This document shows, one piece after another, positions 9,692-19,464 of a stretch of 64,000 bases of DNA. The translations under genes were made by a program, and so were the position numbers. Where the stretch lies: the NCBI GenBank assembly GCA_041674225.1, contig JBAYWG010000001.1, positions 326,273 to 390,272 on the forward strand. Reading direction: 5' to 3'. The stretch comes from Minisyncoccota bacterium (GTDB lineage: Bacteria > Patescibacteriota > Minisyncoccia > Phycocordibacterales > JAACPR01). Numbering within the stretch: the stretch's first letter is position 1; each line of letters begins with the position of its first letter. The notes under the pieces are model-generated. The model searched no databases. It worked only from the letters and a program-made list of their open reading frames with translations, and was not told where the DNA came from.

Positions 9692-9860
9692 ATGAATCTG
9701 GTTGCGGCGCTCACCTATATACAAAGCGCCAATTCAAGACAGGACAAAACCTGTGTCGGTAATACTACCTAATCATCGAGCTCTTCGCAATATCAAAAAA
9801 TAAAACAAATTACACAATAAAATTTTGGCCAAAGGAGCAAATTACTATACAATATTATTC

Positions 9861-10886
9861 ATGTTAACAATTTATTTACTTATAGTAGCGGCCGCATTAA
9901 TAGGACTGACGATTACAATCAATATTTACAAAAAGAAGCACAAGAAAAAAGTTCTTGTCTGCCCTTTTGGAGCCGATTGTGACTCTGTGATCACCAGCGA
10001 TTTCTCTAGCTTCCTTGGAATTGGTTTGGAAATTTACGGAATGCTTTATTACGGATTAATAGCATTATCATATTCTTCCCTTATTTTATTTCCGAACCTC
10101 CAATCCGAGATGACAACTTTCATTTTGGCGGGAGCTTCTATAGGAGCGTTTCTTTTCTCTCTTTACCTTACTTTTGTTCAAGCTTTCTTGATTAAAACTT
10201 GGTGTTCATGGTGTCTAATGTCTGCCGGAGTTTCAACTTCTATTTTCATATTTGCCATGATTGGGATTTCTATCGACGGATTTTCTTTTGTACCAATACT
10301 TACAGAATACAAATCTTACGTTACACTTCTACATTTGTTTGGATTCGCATTAGGAGTTGGAGGAGCCACAATCAGTGATGTTTTGTTCATGAGATTTTTA
10401 AAAGATTTCAAAATTACAGTCGAAGAAAAAAGCATTTTGCAATTGATGTCACAAATTGTTTGGATTGGATTATTGATAATAGTAGTTTCTGGAATTGGAT
10501 TATTTTTACCAGAATCAGAAAGGCTTTTGGACAGTGCTAAATTCCTAACAAAAATGGTGGTGATAGCTGTGGTAATTCTAAATGGTGCAGTACTAAATCT
10601 TTTGATCACACCAAAACTTCTTACAATCGCTTGGAAAGAAAACGGAATTGATGTTAAACACACTTCACGAATGAGCAATATTGCTTTTGCTTCTGGCGCA
10701 GTATCTTTCATCTCTTGGTACACAGCTTTCTTCTTAGGATTCGCAAATAATGTTCCTTATAGTTTTGTTCAATTAATTTCGGTTTACGTAGGAGCACTAT
10801 TAATCGGAATTATTGGAAGCCAACTGTTTAAAAAAGTTTTACAATGCAAAAACAGTGGTAAAGATAACTCGACTATTGTTCATTAA
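9861..10886 (+). CDS. Vitamin K epoxide reductase (VKOR) family protein fused to a second membrane domain
   Basis: CPFGADCDSVITSDFS loop cysteines, CSWC active site, and a ~190-aa C-terminal multi-TM domain. Confidence 0.85.
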   Translation: MLTIYLLIVAAALIGLTITINIYKKKHKKKVLVCPFGADCDSVITSDFSSFLGIGLEIYGMLYYGLIALSYSSLILFPNLQSEMTTFILAGASIGAFLFSLYLTFVQAFLIKTWCSWCLMSAGVSTSIFIFAMIGISIDGFSFVPILTEYKSYVTLLHLFGFALGVGGATISDVLFMRFLKDFKITVEEKSILQLMSQIVWIGLLIIVVSGIGLFLPESERLLDSAKFLTKMVVIAVVILNGAVLNLLITPKLLTIAWKENGIDVKHTSRMSNIAFASGAVSFISWYTAFFLGFANNVPYSFVQLISVYVGALLIGIIGSQLFKKVLQCKNSGKDNSTIVH

Positions 10887-10903
10887 TTGGAGATAATAAA
10901 TGC

Positions 10904-11374
10904 ATGGCATCAAAAGTTATTGAGTGGCAAGCTCTCGAACATCATCACCATCACGAAAAAACTCCGGATTGGTTTTGGATTGTAGGAACCATCGCAGTAG
11001 CGGGAGCTATTTTGGCTGCTTATTTTGGAAATGTTTTATTTGCAATAATTATTGTGATTGCCGCAATGACAGCTTTTCTACAAGCGCACACAACTCCTAA
11101 AATACTAACTTACAGAATCACCAGAAAAGGTGTGCAAGCAGGCTCATCTGTTTTCCCCTACTCTTCTCTAGAATCTTTTTGGGTAATTGACGAAGAAATC
11201 AACGACCGAATTATCTTGAAATCACAAAAGTTTTTAATGCCGTACATCATAATTCCTTATGATAGTACAAAAATAAATCCTGATCACATTCGAGATTATC
11301 TTTTGGAATATATAAATGAAGAAGAAATGGAGGAACCTGTTTCTCAACAAATAATGGAGCGTCTTGGGTTTTAG
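10904..11374 (+). CDS. Conserved 2-TM protein with a PH-like C-terminus (DUF5673-like)
   Basis: IEWQALEH...WFWIVG, 2 TM helices, FPYSSLESFWV, EEMEEPVSQQIMERLGF. Confidence 0.65.
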   Translation: MASKVIEWQALEHHHHHEKTPDWFWIVGTIAVAGAILAAYFGNVLFAIIIVIAAMTAFLQAHTTPKILTYRITRKGVQAGSSVFPYSSLESFWVIDEEINDRIILKSQKFLMPYIIIPYDSTKINPDHIRDYLLEYINEEEMEEPVSQQIMERLGF

Positions 11375-12036
11375 TCTTCTACTTTTCCATCTACCACTCG
11401 AATAATTCTATCTGCCTTTTTTCCATACTCTTCTTCGTGAGTCACCATCACCACAGTGTGTTTAAACTTTTTGCATGTTTCTTCTAAGATTTTTATAACA
11501 GCTTTTGAAGATTCTAAATCCAGGTTTGCTGTCGGCTCATCTGCGAAAATAATCTTTGGACTATGCACTACAGCTCTAGCAATAGAAACTCTTTGTTGCT
11601 CTCCTCCCGAAAGTTGGTTTGGAAGATTATTTATTTGTTTTTCTAATCCAAGAGTTTTCAAAACTTCGTGAGCTTTTTTAATCGAATAATTAAAATCATA
11701 TCCTTGCATCAAAAGCGGCAGGATAACATTTTCTGTTGCAGTTAATTCTGGAATCAAAGCATAATCTTGGAAAACAAATCCCATGTTTTTTAGACGAAAT
11801 TGTGTCTTTTGATTTTGGTCAAAGTCAGAAACTGTTTTTCCATCAATAATAATTTCTCCAGATGTCGGAGTGTCTAAAAGAGAAATCTGATAAAGCAAAG
11901 TAGATTTACCGGCACCCGATCGTCCCATGATTGCGACAAACTCCCCTTCTTTTATTTCCAGATCAACACCCTTCAAAACTTTCGTTTCGACTTCTCCTTG
12001 GATGAATGATTTTTTTATATTTTTTACTTTTATCAT
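11371..12036 (-). CDS. ABC transporter ATP-binding protein (MacB/LolD-type)
   Basis: GRSGAGKST, LSGGEQQRV, IIFADEPTANLD. Confidence 0.95.
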   Translation of the reverse strand: MIKVKNIKKSFIQGEVETKVLKGVDLEIKEGEFVAIMGRSGAGKSTLLYQISLLDTPTSGEIIIDGKTVSDFDQNQKTQFRLKNMGFVFQDYALIPELTATENVILPLLMQGYDFNYSIKKAHEVLKTLGLEKQINNLPNQLSGGEQQRVSIARAVVHSPKIIFADEPTANLDLESSKAVIKILEETCKKFKHTVVMVTHEEEYGKKADRIIRVVDGKVED

Positions 12037-12040
12037 ATTT

Positions 12041-13303
12041 TTATCGTCTACCCAGAATTGAATCCAGTGTATTTTTCTTTACAACAATTCTAGCTGGAAT
12101 AAATCCGGCAATAACAGTTGTTAATACTAGAAGTGTAATTCTAAACATTGTACTTCCAAAGGGCGCCACAAGAATTCCGTCTGAAAATGGGAAGTTAATT
12201 GGATTCGCTGCAAAGTACGGAACTAAAATCACATAAAGCAAAGTCAGACCAATCACAGAACCCACAATCGCATAAAACAAAGATTGAAAAATGTAAGAAA
12301 TCTCAATTGCTTTTGCATTCACTCCTATGGCTTTCATGATTCCAATATATTTTTGACGAGTGATTGCGTTGATGAAAATTACAATGAAGATTGTGATAGC
12401 AGCCACAGCAAGACCAATTGAACTAATCATCGCACCCAGCAAAGCAAAAGTTTTTTTAATATCTTGCAAGAATTTTGGTTGAGCATCTATGTATGTCTGC
12501 ACTTTTGCAAGCTGATCAACATCGTTTGCGAGCAAAGCGGCTTTTGTCGCATCGGCATATTTTTCATCTACCAAACTTATCGCAATTTCATCAACACTGT
12601 ATTCAGAACCTCCAATCATTGAACGCAGTTGAGTGTCTACCATAAATACTCGGCGATCTATTTCATCTACCTTACTTTTTGTAATCCCTTTCACTTCTAC
12701 TTCACGCACCACGTCGCCGATTGTTAACCTGATTTTTGAACCAATTTCCACGTCTTTCAAAGCTGGAAATGCTTCACTATCAATCTGCAAATATTTTGCC
12801 AAAAGCATTGAACCCAAAACAACCTTATCGAAATCGTCTGCATTTAAATATTCTCCCTCCACCACAAGACTAGCAATTCCAGAAACTGCGTCTTCTTTTT
12901 GAGGGTTGATTCCTACAATTTGAGTAGAAACTAATTCCGGTAAATCATTTTCGTTTGTTTGAGTTTGATAATTTGATTCGATTGTTCCCCCTGCCACATA
13001 TCGCGCACTAATAGCTTCGACATTCGGAAGGCTCTCTGCGATTCGAATCACTCTAGAACTGTCTTCTATATATTTATTTTCACGAAGATTAGAAACTATC
13101 ACATCACTTGTGTATCTTTCTCTCACTGCATATTGAGCACCTTCAATCAAACCAACTAAAATTCCACTAACTACCACCAAGTTTAAAAAAGTCAGCGTCA
13201 TTACGGCAATAATCAAAACTGTAGACCAAAGAGTTGATCTTCTTATTTGTCTTACTGCCAGAAAAAATCCAATTTGAATTGGTAACATTTTATTTTTATT
13301 CAA
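12041..13303 (-). CDS. ABC transporter permease (MacB/FtsX-type)
   Basis: N-terminal TM helix, large extracytoplasmic loop, IGIMKAIG and 3 C-terminal TM helices. Confidence 0.88.
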   Translation of the reverse strand: MNKNKMLPIQIGFFLAVRQIRRSTLWSTVLIIAVMTLTFLNLVVVSGILVGLIEGAQYAVRERYTSDVIVSNLRENKYIEDSSRVIRIAESLPNVEAISARYVAGGTIESNYQTQTNENDLPELVSTQIVGINPQKEDAVSGIASLVVEGEYLNADDFDKVVLGSMLLAKYLQIDSEAFPALKDVEIGSKIRLTIGDVVREVEVKGITKSKVDEIDRRVFMVDTQLRSMIGGSEYSVDEIAISLVDEKYADATKAALLANDVDQLAKVQTYIDAQPKFLQDIKKTFALLGAMISSIGLAVAAITIFIVIFINAITRQKYIGIMKAIGVNAKAIEISYIFQSLFYAIVGSVIGLTLLYVILVPYFAANPINFPFSDGILVAPFGSTMFRITLLVLTTVIAGFIPARIVVKKNTLDSILGRR

Positions 13304-14774
13304 CAGAACTCACCACCACTTTTTCACCCACACTTAATCCCGACAAAACTTCTACAAAACCTTTTGAATCAGTTCGACCAATTATAATTTCTTTTTCTAC
13401 AATCTTTCCGTTTTCATCCATCACCTTCACCATCGCTTTTATTTGATTCACATCATCCACCACTTCGTCTGTTATTTTTGTTGCCGATCTAGGAATCAAC
13501 AAAACATTTTCAACAACTAAAGTGTCAATTTCAATTCCTGCAGTCATACCAGTTTTGATATCAGGAGAATCCACAGTTAGAGCAAGGGTTGTTTTGTATG
13601 TCACTATTCCGTTTCTTACCACACCTCTGTCTTCAACATAAACAACAGACGCACCAATCACAAAGTCGTCTCCAAGTGCTTCAATTTTTACTCTTCCAGG
13701 ATCCCCTACTTGCAAATCTTTCATATAAATTTCTGGCACAAACACTTCCACTTCAACAGAAGAATTATTTATCAGCACCAGCACCGCTTGGTTTGCAGAC
13801 ACATTTTCACCAGCTGAAGCAGACACATCTACCACCACACCATCAAAAGGAGCCACAATTGCGTAATTATTTATTTGAGCTTGAAACTTATCAATACTTG
13901 CAGAAGCCGCAATGATTCTGGCTTCTTGCACTGGAATTTCTGCATCTACACTTCTCAGATTTTCTTGAGCGGTTGAAAGCTCGTTAATCATAGTGTCGAT
14001 AGCAGAACGTGCAGATGTTACGATTCCTCGATATTCAGAAAGTGTCGCAGACGAAACATTATTATTTGTTTCTGCTTCTGATAGAGATTTTGAAAGAACT
14101 GTAAAGAAAGAACTTATTTCACCTAAATTTTTTAAAGATCTTTCCAAATCAGAACGAGAAATGTTTGTTTGGCTTTTTGAACTTAAATCAGATGACCAGT
14201 TGTCTAGAATTTTTCCAACATCAACTCTTTGTTGAATGATAGATTGTTGTTCAAAATAATCTTTGCTAGAAAATTTCAATTTAGGACGACCTGATTGTGG
14301 GTCTATAAAAAGAGAATCTGTATTTGTTTTGATTTGAGTAATAGAAACATTTAGAGCTTTTTGAGCAGAGTTGTATGCATCTTTTTTTGCTGATTCCAAT
14401 TTTCCATCCAAAGAACCCGATCCAACGATTGAAGTCAGTTCACTTTCTGAAACGTTTCTCTCAGCCACAGCCTGTCTCAAGCTCGCATCAACCTCAGAAG
14501 AATCCAGTGTCGCCAACACTTGCCCACGAGAAACTCTCTGCCCTTCTTGTACAGAAAGAGAACTAATTCGCCCTGGGCTAGAGAAACCTAGAGTCACTTC
14601 GTCGGCTGGAACAATTTTTCCAGTCACGTCTATTGTGCGAGTCAGTGTGTCGACTTTTGCTTCTGCTGTGACATCATCAGTGTTGTTGTTGATTGCAATG
14701 ACAATTACCACAAGCAAAACTAATGCTACGGCGCTTATAATTCCTATTAATTTCCAGTTGTATCGTGTTTTCAT
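13296..14774 (-). CDS. Efflux periplasmic adaptor / membrane fusion protein (HlyD/MacA-like)
   Basis: TM anchor, GRISSLSVQEGQRVSRGQVLA lipoyl motif, long coiled coil, IVAPFDGVV, EVLSGLSVGEKVV. Confidence 0.9.
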   Translation of the reverse strand: MKTRYNWKLIGIISAVALVLLVVIVIAINNNTDDVTAEAKVDTLTRTIDVTGKIVPADEVTLGFSSPGRISSLSVQEGQRVSRGQVLATLDSSEVDASLRQAVAERNVSESELTSIVGSGSLDGKLESAKKDAYNSAQKALNVSITQIKTNTDSLFIDPQSGRPKLKFSSKDYFEQQSIIQQRVDVGKILDNWSSDLSSKSQTNISRSDLERSLKNLGEISSFFTVLSKSLSEAETNNNVSSATLSEYRGIVTSARSAIDTMINELSTAQENLRSVDAEIPVQEARIIAASASIDKFQAQINNYAIVAPFDGVVVDVSASAGENVSANQAVLVLINNSSVEVEVFVPEIYMKDLQVGDPGRVKIEALGDDFVIGASVVYVEDRGVVRNGIVTYKTTLALTVDSPDIKTGMTAGIEIDTLVVENVLLIPRSATKITDEVVDDVNQIKAMVKVMDENGKIVEKEIIIGRTDSKGFVEVLSGLSVGEKVVVSSVE

Positions 14775-14891
14775 GAACGAGATTTTAACACTTTCAACCT
14801 TATTTGTCTTTATTTTTGGAGTCCTTGATAAAAAGTTTCAAAAAAGTATTATGTTGGAGTTGTCTGACAAAATTCTTTGTTGCCAGACACT

Positions 14892-14963
14892 GCTCCTGTA
14901 GTTTAATGGATAAAATTGGAGTTTGCGGAACTCTAGCTCCAGGTTCGACTCCTGGCAGGGGCA
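14892..14963 (+). tRNA. tRNA-Arg(GCG)
   Basis: GCTCCTG/CAGGGGC acceptor, GGAGT-TTGCGGA-ACTCT anticodon arm, CCAGG-TTCGACT-CCTGG T arm. Confidence 0.93.
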
Positions 14964-14970
14964 CATAAAA

Positions 14971-15002
14971 AACAAAAAACCGGTTTTCACCGGTTTTTTG
15001 TT
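14971..15002. terminator. Bidirectional terminator between tRNA-Arg and rpsT
   Basis: AACAAAAAACCGGT/ACCGGTTTTTTGTT. Confidence 0.8.
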
Positions 15003-15272
15003 TTATTTAGTTTGAGCTTTCTTGATAGCTGCAACCAATCGAGATTTTTGCCGATTAGCATTACCTTTTTTGATTGTTCCCATCTTTGCGGCCTTGTCTA
15101 GAGCTTTATAAGCAGCACTTAGATTTGCTTGTGCTGATTTTGTATCTCCTGCAACAACCATCTTTTTAACAGCCTTAACAGCAGAAACAGAGTTTCGCTT
15201 TCGGCGTAGATTATAAACACGCTTCTTCTCAGAAGCTCGTACAACTTTTTTAGCACCTTTAGTGATAGGCAT
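15003..15272 (-). CDS. rpsT: 30S ribosomal protein S20
   Basis: MPITKGAKK...AYKALDKAAKMGTIKKGNANRQKSRL. Confidence 0.96.
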   Translation of the reverse strand: MPITKGAKKVVRASEKKRVYNLRRKRNSVSAVKAVKKMVVAGDTKSAQANLSAAYKALDKAAKMGTIKKGNANRQKSRLVAAIKKAQTK

Positions 15273-15338
15273 AACGAGAACACTTTAACAAAAAGGGCTA
15301 AAAATGCAAGATGTCGAAAGATTAGGTATCATTAATGC

Positions 15339-15902
15339 ATGATTAGAAAATTGAGCGGTGAAATTGATGAGATCTCGGAAAGTGAAATTATATTAAATGT
15401 TTCGGGTGTTGGTTATGGTGTGAGAGTGGCAAATCACATGCTTTCGAACATTCGAACAGGTATGAAAATAACTATTTACACTCATCATGCGCTCCGCGAA
15501 AACGCTTCTGATTTATATGGTTTTTTGGAAAAAGATGATTTAGATTTTTTTGAATTGCTTTTGGGAATTTCTGGGATTGGCCCGAAGTCTGCGCTTGGAA
15601 TAATAAACACGGCACCTGTTGCAACAATTATAGAAGGAATTCAAAGTGGCAACGCAGATCATTTGGTAAAAATTTCTGGAATTGGAAAAAAGAATGCGGA
15701 AAAAATTCTTGTAGCTTTGAAAGATAAAGTGGGGGCAGGCGCGGGCGGCGGAACGCAAACTTTAAACGGAGCCACCGACGCCATCGAAGCACTCACAGCT
15801 CTGGGCTACACTCTCAACGACGCCCGCGCCACCGTCCAAAAACTAGACAACTCCCTATCAACAGAAGAACTTGTAAAACTTGCTTTAAAAAATTTATCTT
15901 AA
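15339..15902 (+). CDS. ruvA: Holliday junction branch migration protein RuvA
   Basis: LNVSGVGY, DLYGF, two HhH motifs (ISGIGPKSA, ISGIGKKNAE), AIEALTALGY. Confidence 0.96.
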   Translation: MIRKLSGEIDEISESEIILNVSGVGYGVRVANHMLSNIRTGMKITIYTHHALRENASDLYGFLEKDDLDFFELLLGISGIGPKSALGIINTAPVATIIEGIQSGNADHLVKISGIGKKNAEKILVALKDKVGAGAGGGTQTLNGATDAIEALTALGYTLNDARATVQKLDNSLSTEELVKLALKNLS

Positions 15903-15905
15903 TTT

Positions 15906-17171
15906 ATGATTGAAAAAATACTACGCACAATACAAAAAATTATTCCCAAAAAACTTTATAAAGCAGGTCAACCTTTTTATCATTTTTCTCTGGCTTTCAT
16001 CTCAGCAGTTATTTGTGGCTTCCCTTCTAAAAAATTAAAGATTGTCGGAATCACAGGAACAAAAGGAAAAACAACAACATCAGAACTTGTCGCAAGTATT
16101 TTAAGGTCAGCAGGATACAAAGTTGCACTCGCAAACAGCATTCATTTTGTAATAGGAGAAAAAGACACACGAAACATGCACAAAATGTCTATGCCTGGAC
16201 GTGGCTTCATGCAAAAGTTTTTAAAAAAAGCTTTAAAAGAAAATTGTCACTGGGTAGTTTTAGAACTAACTTCCGAAGGTTCAAAACAATTTCGACATAA
16301 ATTTATAGACCTAGACGCATTTATTTTCACAAACCTTCAACCAGAACACATCGAGTCACACGGCTCATTTGAAAAATATAAAGAAGCTAAAATCGCACTT
16401 GGAGAATCTTTAATCAAAAAACCTCATTCAATTTTAGTTGTAAATGGAGACGACGTTCACTCTAAAGATTTTCTAGAAAAAGTTCCTGCATCAAAAAAAG
16501 TTTCTTATTCTCTAGAATCAATGCGACCTTTCAAAACAGACGATGGTGTAGAAATGCGTTTCCAAAACAGCACGATATATTCAAAACTCCACGGCGAATT
16601 CAATGCCAACAATATTTTGAGTGCAATCACTTTTGCCGAGTCAATAAATATAAATGAAAAAATAATTAAAGAAGGAATTGAAAATGTGCGAACTGTTTCA
16701 GGGCGAGCAGAAAAAATAATCTCAGCAGAAACTTTTGAAGTTTATGTTGATTACGCCCACACTCCGGATTCCCTTTTAGCTTTGTACTCTTCATTTCCAA
16801 ATCAAGAAAAAGTTTGCGTGCTAGGAAACACAGGAGGAGGAAGAGACACTTGGAAAAGACCAGCGATGGCAGAAATAGCTGACAAATATTGTGATGCAAT
16901 AATCCTAACCAACGAAGATCCGTACGACGAAAATCCTGATCAAATTGTAAAAGAAATGTCAGACGCAATTTTAGATAAAAGTCCGGAAATCATTATGGAC
17001 CGACGCTTCGCTATTCGAAAAGCCATGGAACTCGCTTCTAAAAAGGCCAACGCTGTAGTATTAATCACAGGAAAAGGAACCGATCCGTACATCATGGGAG
17101 CAAACGGAACAAAAGAACCTTGGTCTGACGCCGATGTCGTACGCGAAGAATTCGCAAAACTAAAAAACTAA
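15906..17171 (+). CDS. murE: UDP-N-acetylmuramyl-tripeptide synthetase (MurE family)
   Basis: GITGTKGKTTT, FTNLQPEHIESHG, VDYAHTPDSL, ITGKG. Confidence 0.9.
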   Translation: MIEKILRTIQKIIPKKLYKAGQPFYHFSLAFISAVICGFPSKKLKIVGITGTKGKTTTSELVASILRSAGYKVALANSIHFVIGEKDTRNMHKMSMPGRGFMQKFLKKALKENCHWVVLELTSEGSKQFRHKFIDLDAFIFTNLQPEHIESHGSFEKYKEAKIALGESLIKKPHSILVVNGDDVHSKDFLEKVPASKKVSYSLESMRPFKTDDGVEMRFQNSTIYSKLHGEFNANNILSAITFAESININEKIIKEGIENVRTVSGRAEKIISAETFEVYVDYAHTPDSLLALYSSFPNQEKVCVLGNTGGGRDTWKRPAMAEIADKYCDAIILTNEDPYDENPDQIVKEMSDAILDKSPEIIMDRRFAIRKAMELASKKANAVVLITGKGTDPYIMGANGTKEPWSDADVVREEFAKLKN

Positions 17172-18412
17172 ATTAAGTCGTGTAAAAAGTCTCTCGTATT
17201 AGAATCGAGCTTCCCTGTTGTCTCCAATCCATATTTATCTTGAAAATTTTTCAGCGCTGTTTCGGTGCATTTTCCAAAACTTCCAGTGATAGGACAATCC
17301 TCAAAATTATTCATCGGCGGATACATTTCATAAAGTCTCAAAAGAATCTGTAGAGCAAACACATCTAAATCAGTTTTCTCTTTTCCATCCAAATCTTTGT
17401 ACCAAGTGTACGGCAGCAGCGTCGTTTCAGAATTAGAAGCTACATAATTTTCATCAAAGAAATATTTCATTCCAACATAAGTTTGATATGCCAATTCTTT
17501 CAAAACCACAGGTCTCAAATTTTCATCGGTAAGTTGTGGTTCATAAATATATCCGTACTCCATTAGCAGTGCGATTGAATCCACAGAATTAAAAGCACCG
17601 ACAGCAATCAACTCAGTATCTTGAATCACACCCACCCGCTCAGCAGGATTTGTCGATGGAGAAAATATTTTCGTTAATCTTCCAAAAATATTTTCCGCCA
17701 ATTCCAAACTCGCAGAACCATTTGAATATTGCGAAGCCGGAACATAAATAGAAATTCCAGAATGTTTTCCCTCAGAAGTTTTTGGTCTTCCTGGATAATC
17801 ATTGAAATGAACGTGTAAAACAATATCGAAATCTTCTTCGTTGGCGTATCTATTTATTCCATACAAAACATTTGCAACTTCTTCTGGCGCAGAGTTATGT
17901 GCGACATATTGTTCAAGTTGAATTTCTCCAGAATCAATCAGGCTTTCTGTAATTTGTTTTTTAAATTTTCTAAATTCTTCAATCTCATTTTTCTCTTCTT
18001 CTAAATAATTTTCGATTCGATCATTGAAACCATTTTCATCAGAAGCTAGAAATACCCGGAAGTTTTTATCTTTCAATAAAAATTGATAAAGATTTTTTGC
18101 CAATTCCCTATTCAAATCAACTTCTCTCAAACCATTAAATGTAGCGCCGTGATGTACGTCATCGTGCCCTGGAACAATTAGAACCTTAATTCTGTTCGCA
18201 ACATGATTTCGTCCATTAGAAAATCTTTTATATCTATTTTTCAAATCATCCACACTTACAGCATCACTCAAAGATGCTGTCTGAGAATTATTTTCAGCTG
18301 GCACAAAATTTCCCGCAATATTAAAAGGATCTTTTTCTGCAAAATAAACCACCGTAGGAACGGCTATCAAAATAAATAAAATAAAAACAAAAAAACTATC
18401 TATGCTTCTCAT
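17168..18412 (-). CDS. N-acetylmuramoyl-L-alanine amidase (Amidase_3) with C-terminal peptidoglycan-binding domain
   Basis: VLIVPGHD, REVDLN, LHVHFND, LLMEYGY; TGSFGKCTETALKNFQDKYGLETTG. Confidence 0.85.
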   Translation of the reverse strand: MRSIDSFFVFILFILIAVPTVVYFAEKDPFNIAGNFVPAENNSQTASLSDAVSVDDLKNRYKRFSNGRNHVANRIKVLIVPGHDDVHHGATFNGLREVDLNRELAKNLYQFLLKDKNFRVFLASDENGFNDRIENYLEEEKNEIEEFRKFKKQITESLIDSGEIQLEQYVAHNSAPEEVANVLYGINRYANEEDFDIVLHVHFNDYPGRPKTSEGKHSGISIYVPASQYSNGSASLELAENIFGRLTKIFSPSTNPAERVGVIQDTELIAVGAFNSVDSIALLMEYGYIYEPQLTDENLRPVVLKELAYQTYVGMKYFFDENYVASNSETTLLPYTWYKDLDGKEKTDLDVFALQILLRLYEMYPPMNNFEDCPITGSFGKCTETALKNFQDKYGLETTGKLDSNTRDFLHDLI

Positions 18413-18462
18413 TGCTCTTATAATACCTTGCAACTCACGAAGCTTCAATTTATGCTTCTTGC

Positions 18463-19386
18463 ATGCCTGAATTACCCGAAGTTCACACAACTGCCACCGA
18501 GCTAAAAAAGCGAATAGTCGGACAAGAAATTGTCGATATTTGGAGTGGGTATGATTCTCCTTATAGATATGGAAAAGACGATATCAAAGATCCAAAGTTT
18601 TTTAAGAAATTTCGTGCAGAACTTATAGGTTCAAAGATAAAAGACACTGGCCGTGTTGGAAAAAATGTTTTGATTCATACAAACAAAGACCAGACTATTT
18701 TAGTACACATGAAAATGACAGGTCACCTGCTCCACGGAAAATATGCATACGACAAAAAGAAAAAAGAATGGTTAGCAACAGAACCAGGACCTCTTCGAGA
18801 TGATCCGTGGAATGGACACATCCGACTTGTTTTTCAATTGAAAAACGGCACGAGTGTTGTACTTTCTGATACAAGAAAATTTGCGAAGATCACATTGATA
18901 CAGACTTCGAAAATGTTTGAGCATCCTGATGTTAAAGTTTTGGGCCCAAATCCTGTCGCAGATGATTTCACATTTCAAATTTTTCAAGACAGAATTTTGC
19001 GAAGAAAGACTTGGAAGATAAAACAAGCTCTGCTTGATCAAGAATTGATTGCTGGAATTGGAAATATTTATTCTGACGAATCTTTATGGATGTCTAAAAT
19101 TCACCCGGAAACTCTTGTGCACAAACTAGATAAAACTGCGTTAAAAAATTTATATAAATCAGTTGTAGAAGTTTTGAAAAAAGGAATTGATTTTGGCGGA
19201 GACTCAATGCAGGACTACCGCACACCGTCTGGCGAAAAAGGCCGATTCCAATTAGAACACCAGGTTTATCAAAGAAAAGGAAAAGATTGTCTACGAAAAA
19301 ATTGCAAAGATAAAATCTCAAGAATTGTAGTTGCGGGTCGAGGAACTCATTACTGCCCTACTTGCCAATTTATATCTCCAAAATAA
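18463..19386 (+). CDS. mutM: Formamidopyrimidine-DNA glycosylase
   Basis: MPELPEV, HMKMTG, DTRKF, LLDQELIAGIGNIYSDE, C-terminal zinc finger. Confidence 0.97.
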   Translation: MPELPEVHTTATELKKRIVGQEIVDIWSGYDSPYRYGKDDIKDPKFFKKFRAELIGSKIKDTGRVGKNVLIHTNKDQTILVHMKMTGHLLHGKYAYDKKKKEWLATEPGPLRDDPWNGHIRLVFQLKNGTSVVLSDTRKFAKITLIQTSKMFEHPDVKVLGPNPVADDFTFQIFQDRILRRKTWKIKQALLDQELIAGIGNIYSDESLWMSKIHPETLVHKLDKTALKNLYKSVVEVLKKGIDFGGDSMQDYRTPSGEKGRFQLEHQVYQRKGKDCLRKNCKDKISRIVVAGRGTHYCPTCQFISPK

Positions 19387-19464
19387 AAATCTTTATAAGA
19401 TTAATTTGTTGACATAAATTATTTAATATGATTTTATTTCATAAAATCAACCGAAAGGAGATCC

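Noticed and set aside
9566-9724. N-terminal extension of the NUDIX ORF in the ORF track
   Set aside because: It reads through tRNA-Ser; the real start is ATG 9565.
9725-9785. Hammerhead-ribozyme-like motif (TCGATGA...stem...GACAC...stem...GTC) upstream of tRNA-Ser
   Set aside because: The core deviates from CUGAUGA/GAAA, extra bases precede stem II and no stem I can form. SAM-I-like words (AAGAG, GATGA, GCAACC) also lack the required architecture.
10938-10956. His-tag-like LEHHHHH run
   Set aside because: Five His inside a natural N-terminal motif, with no vector sequence around it.
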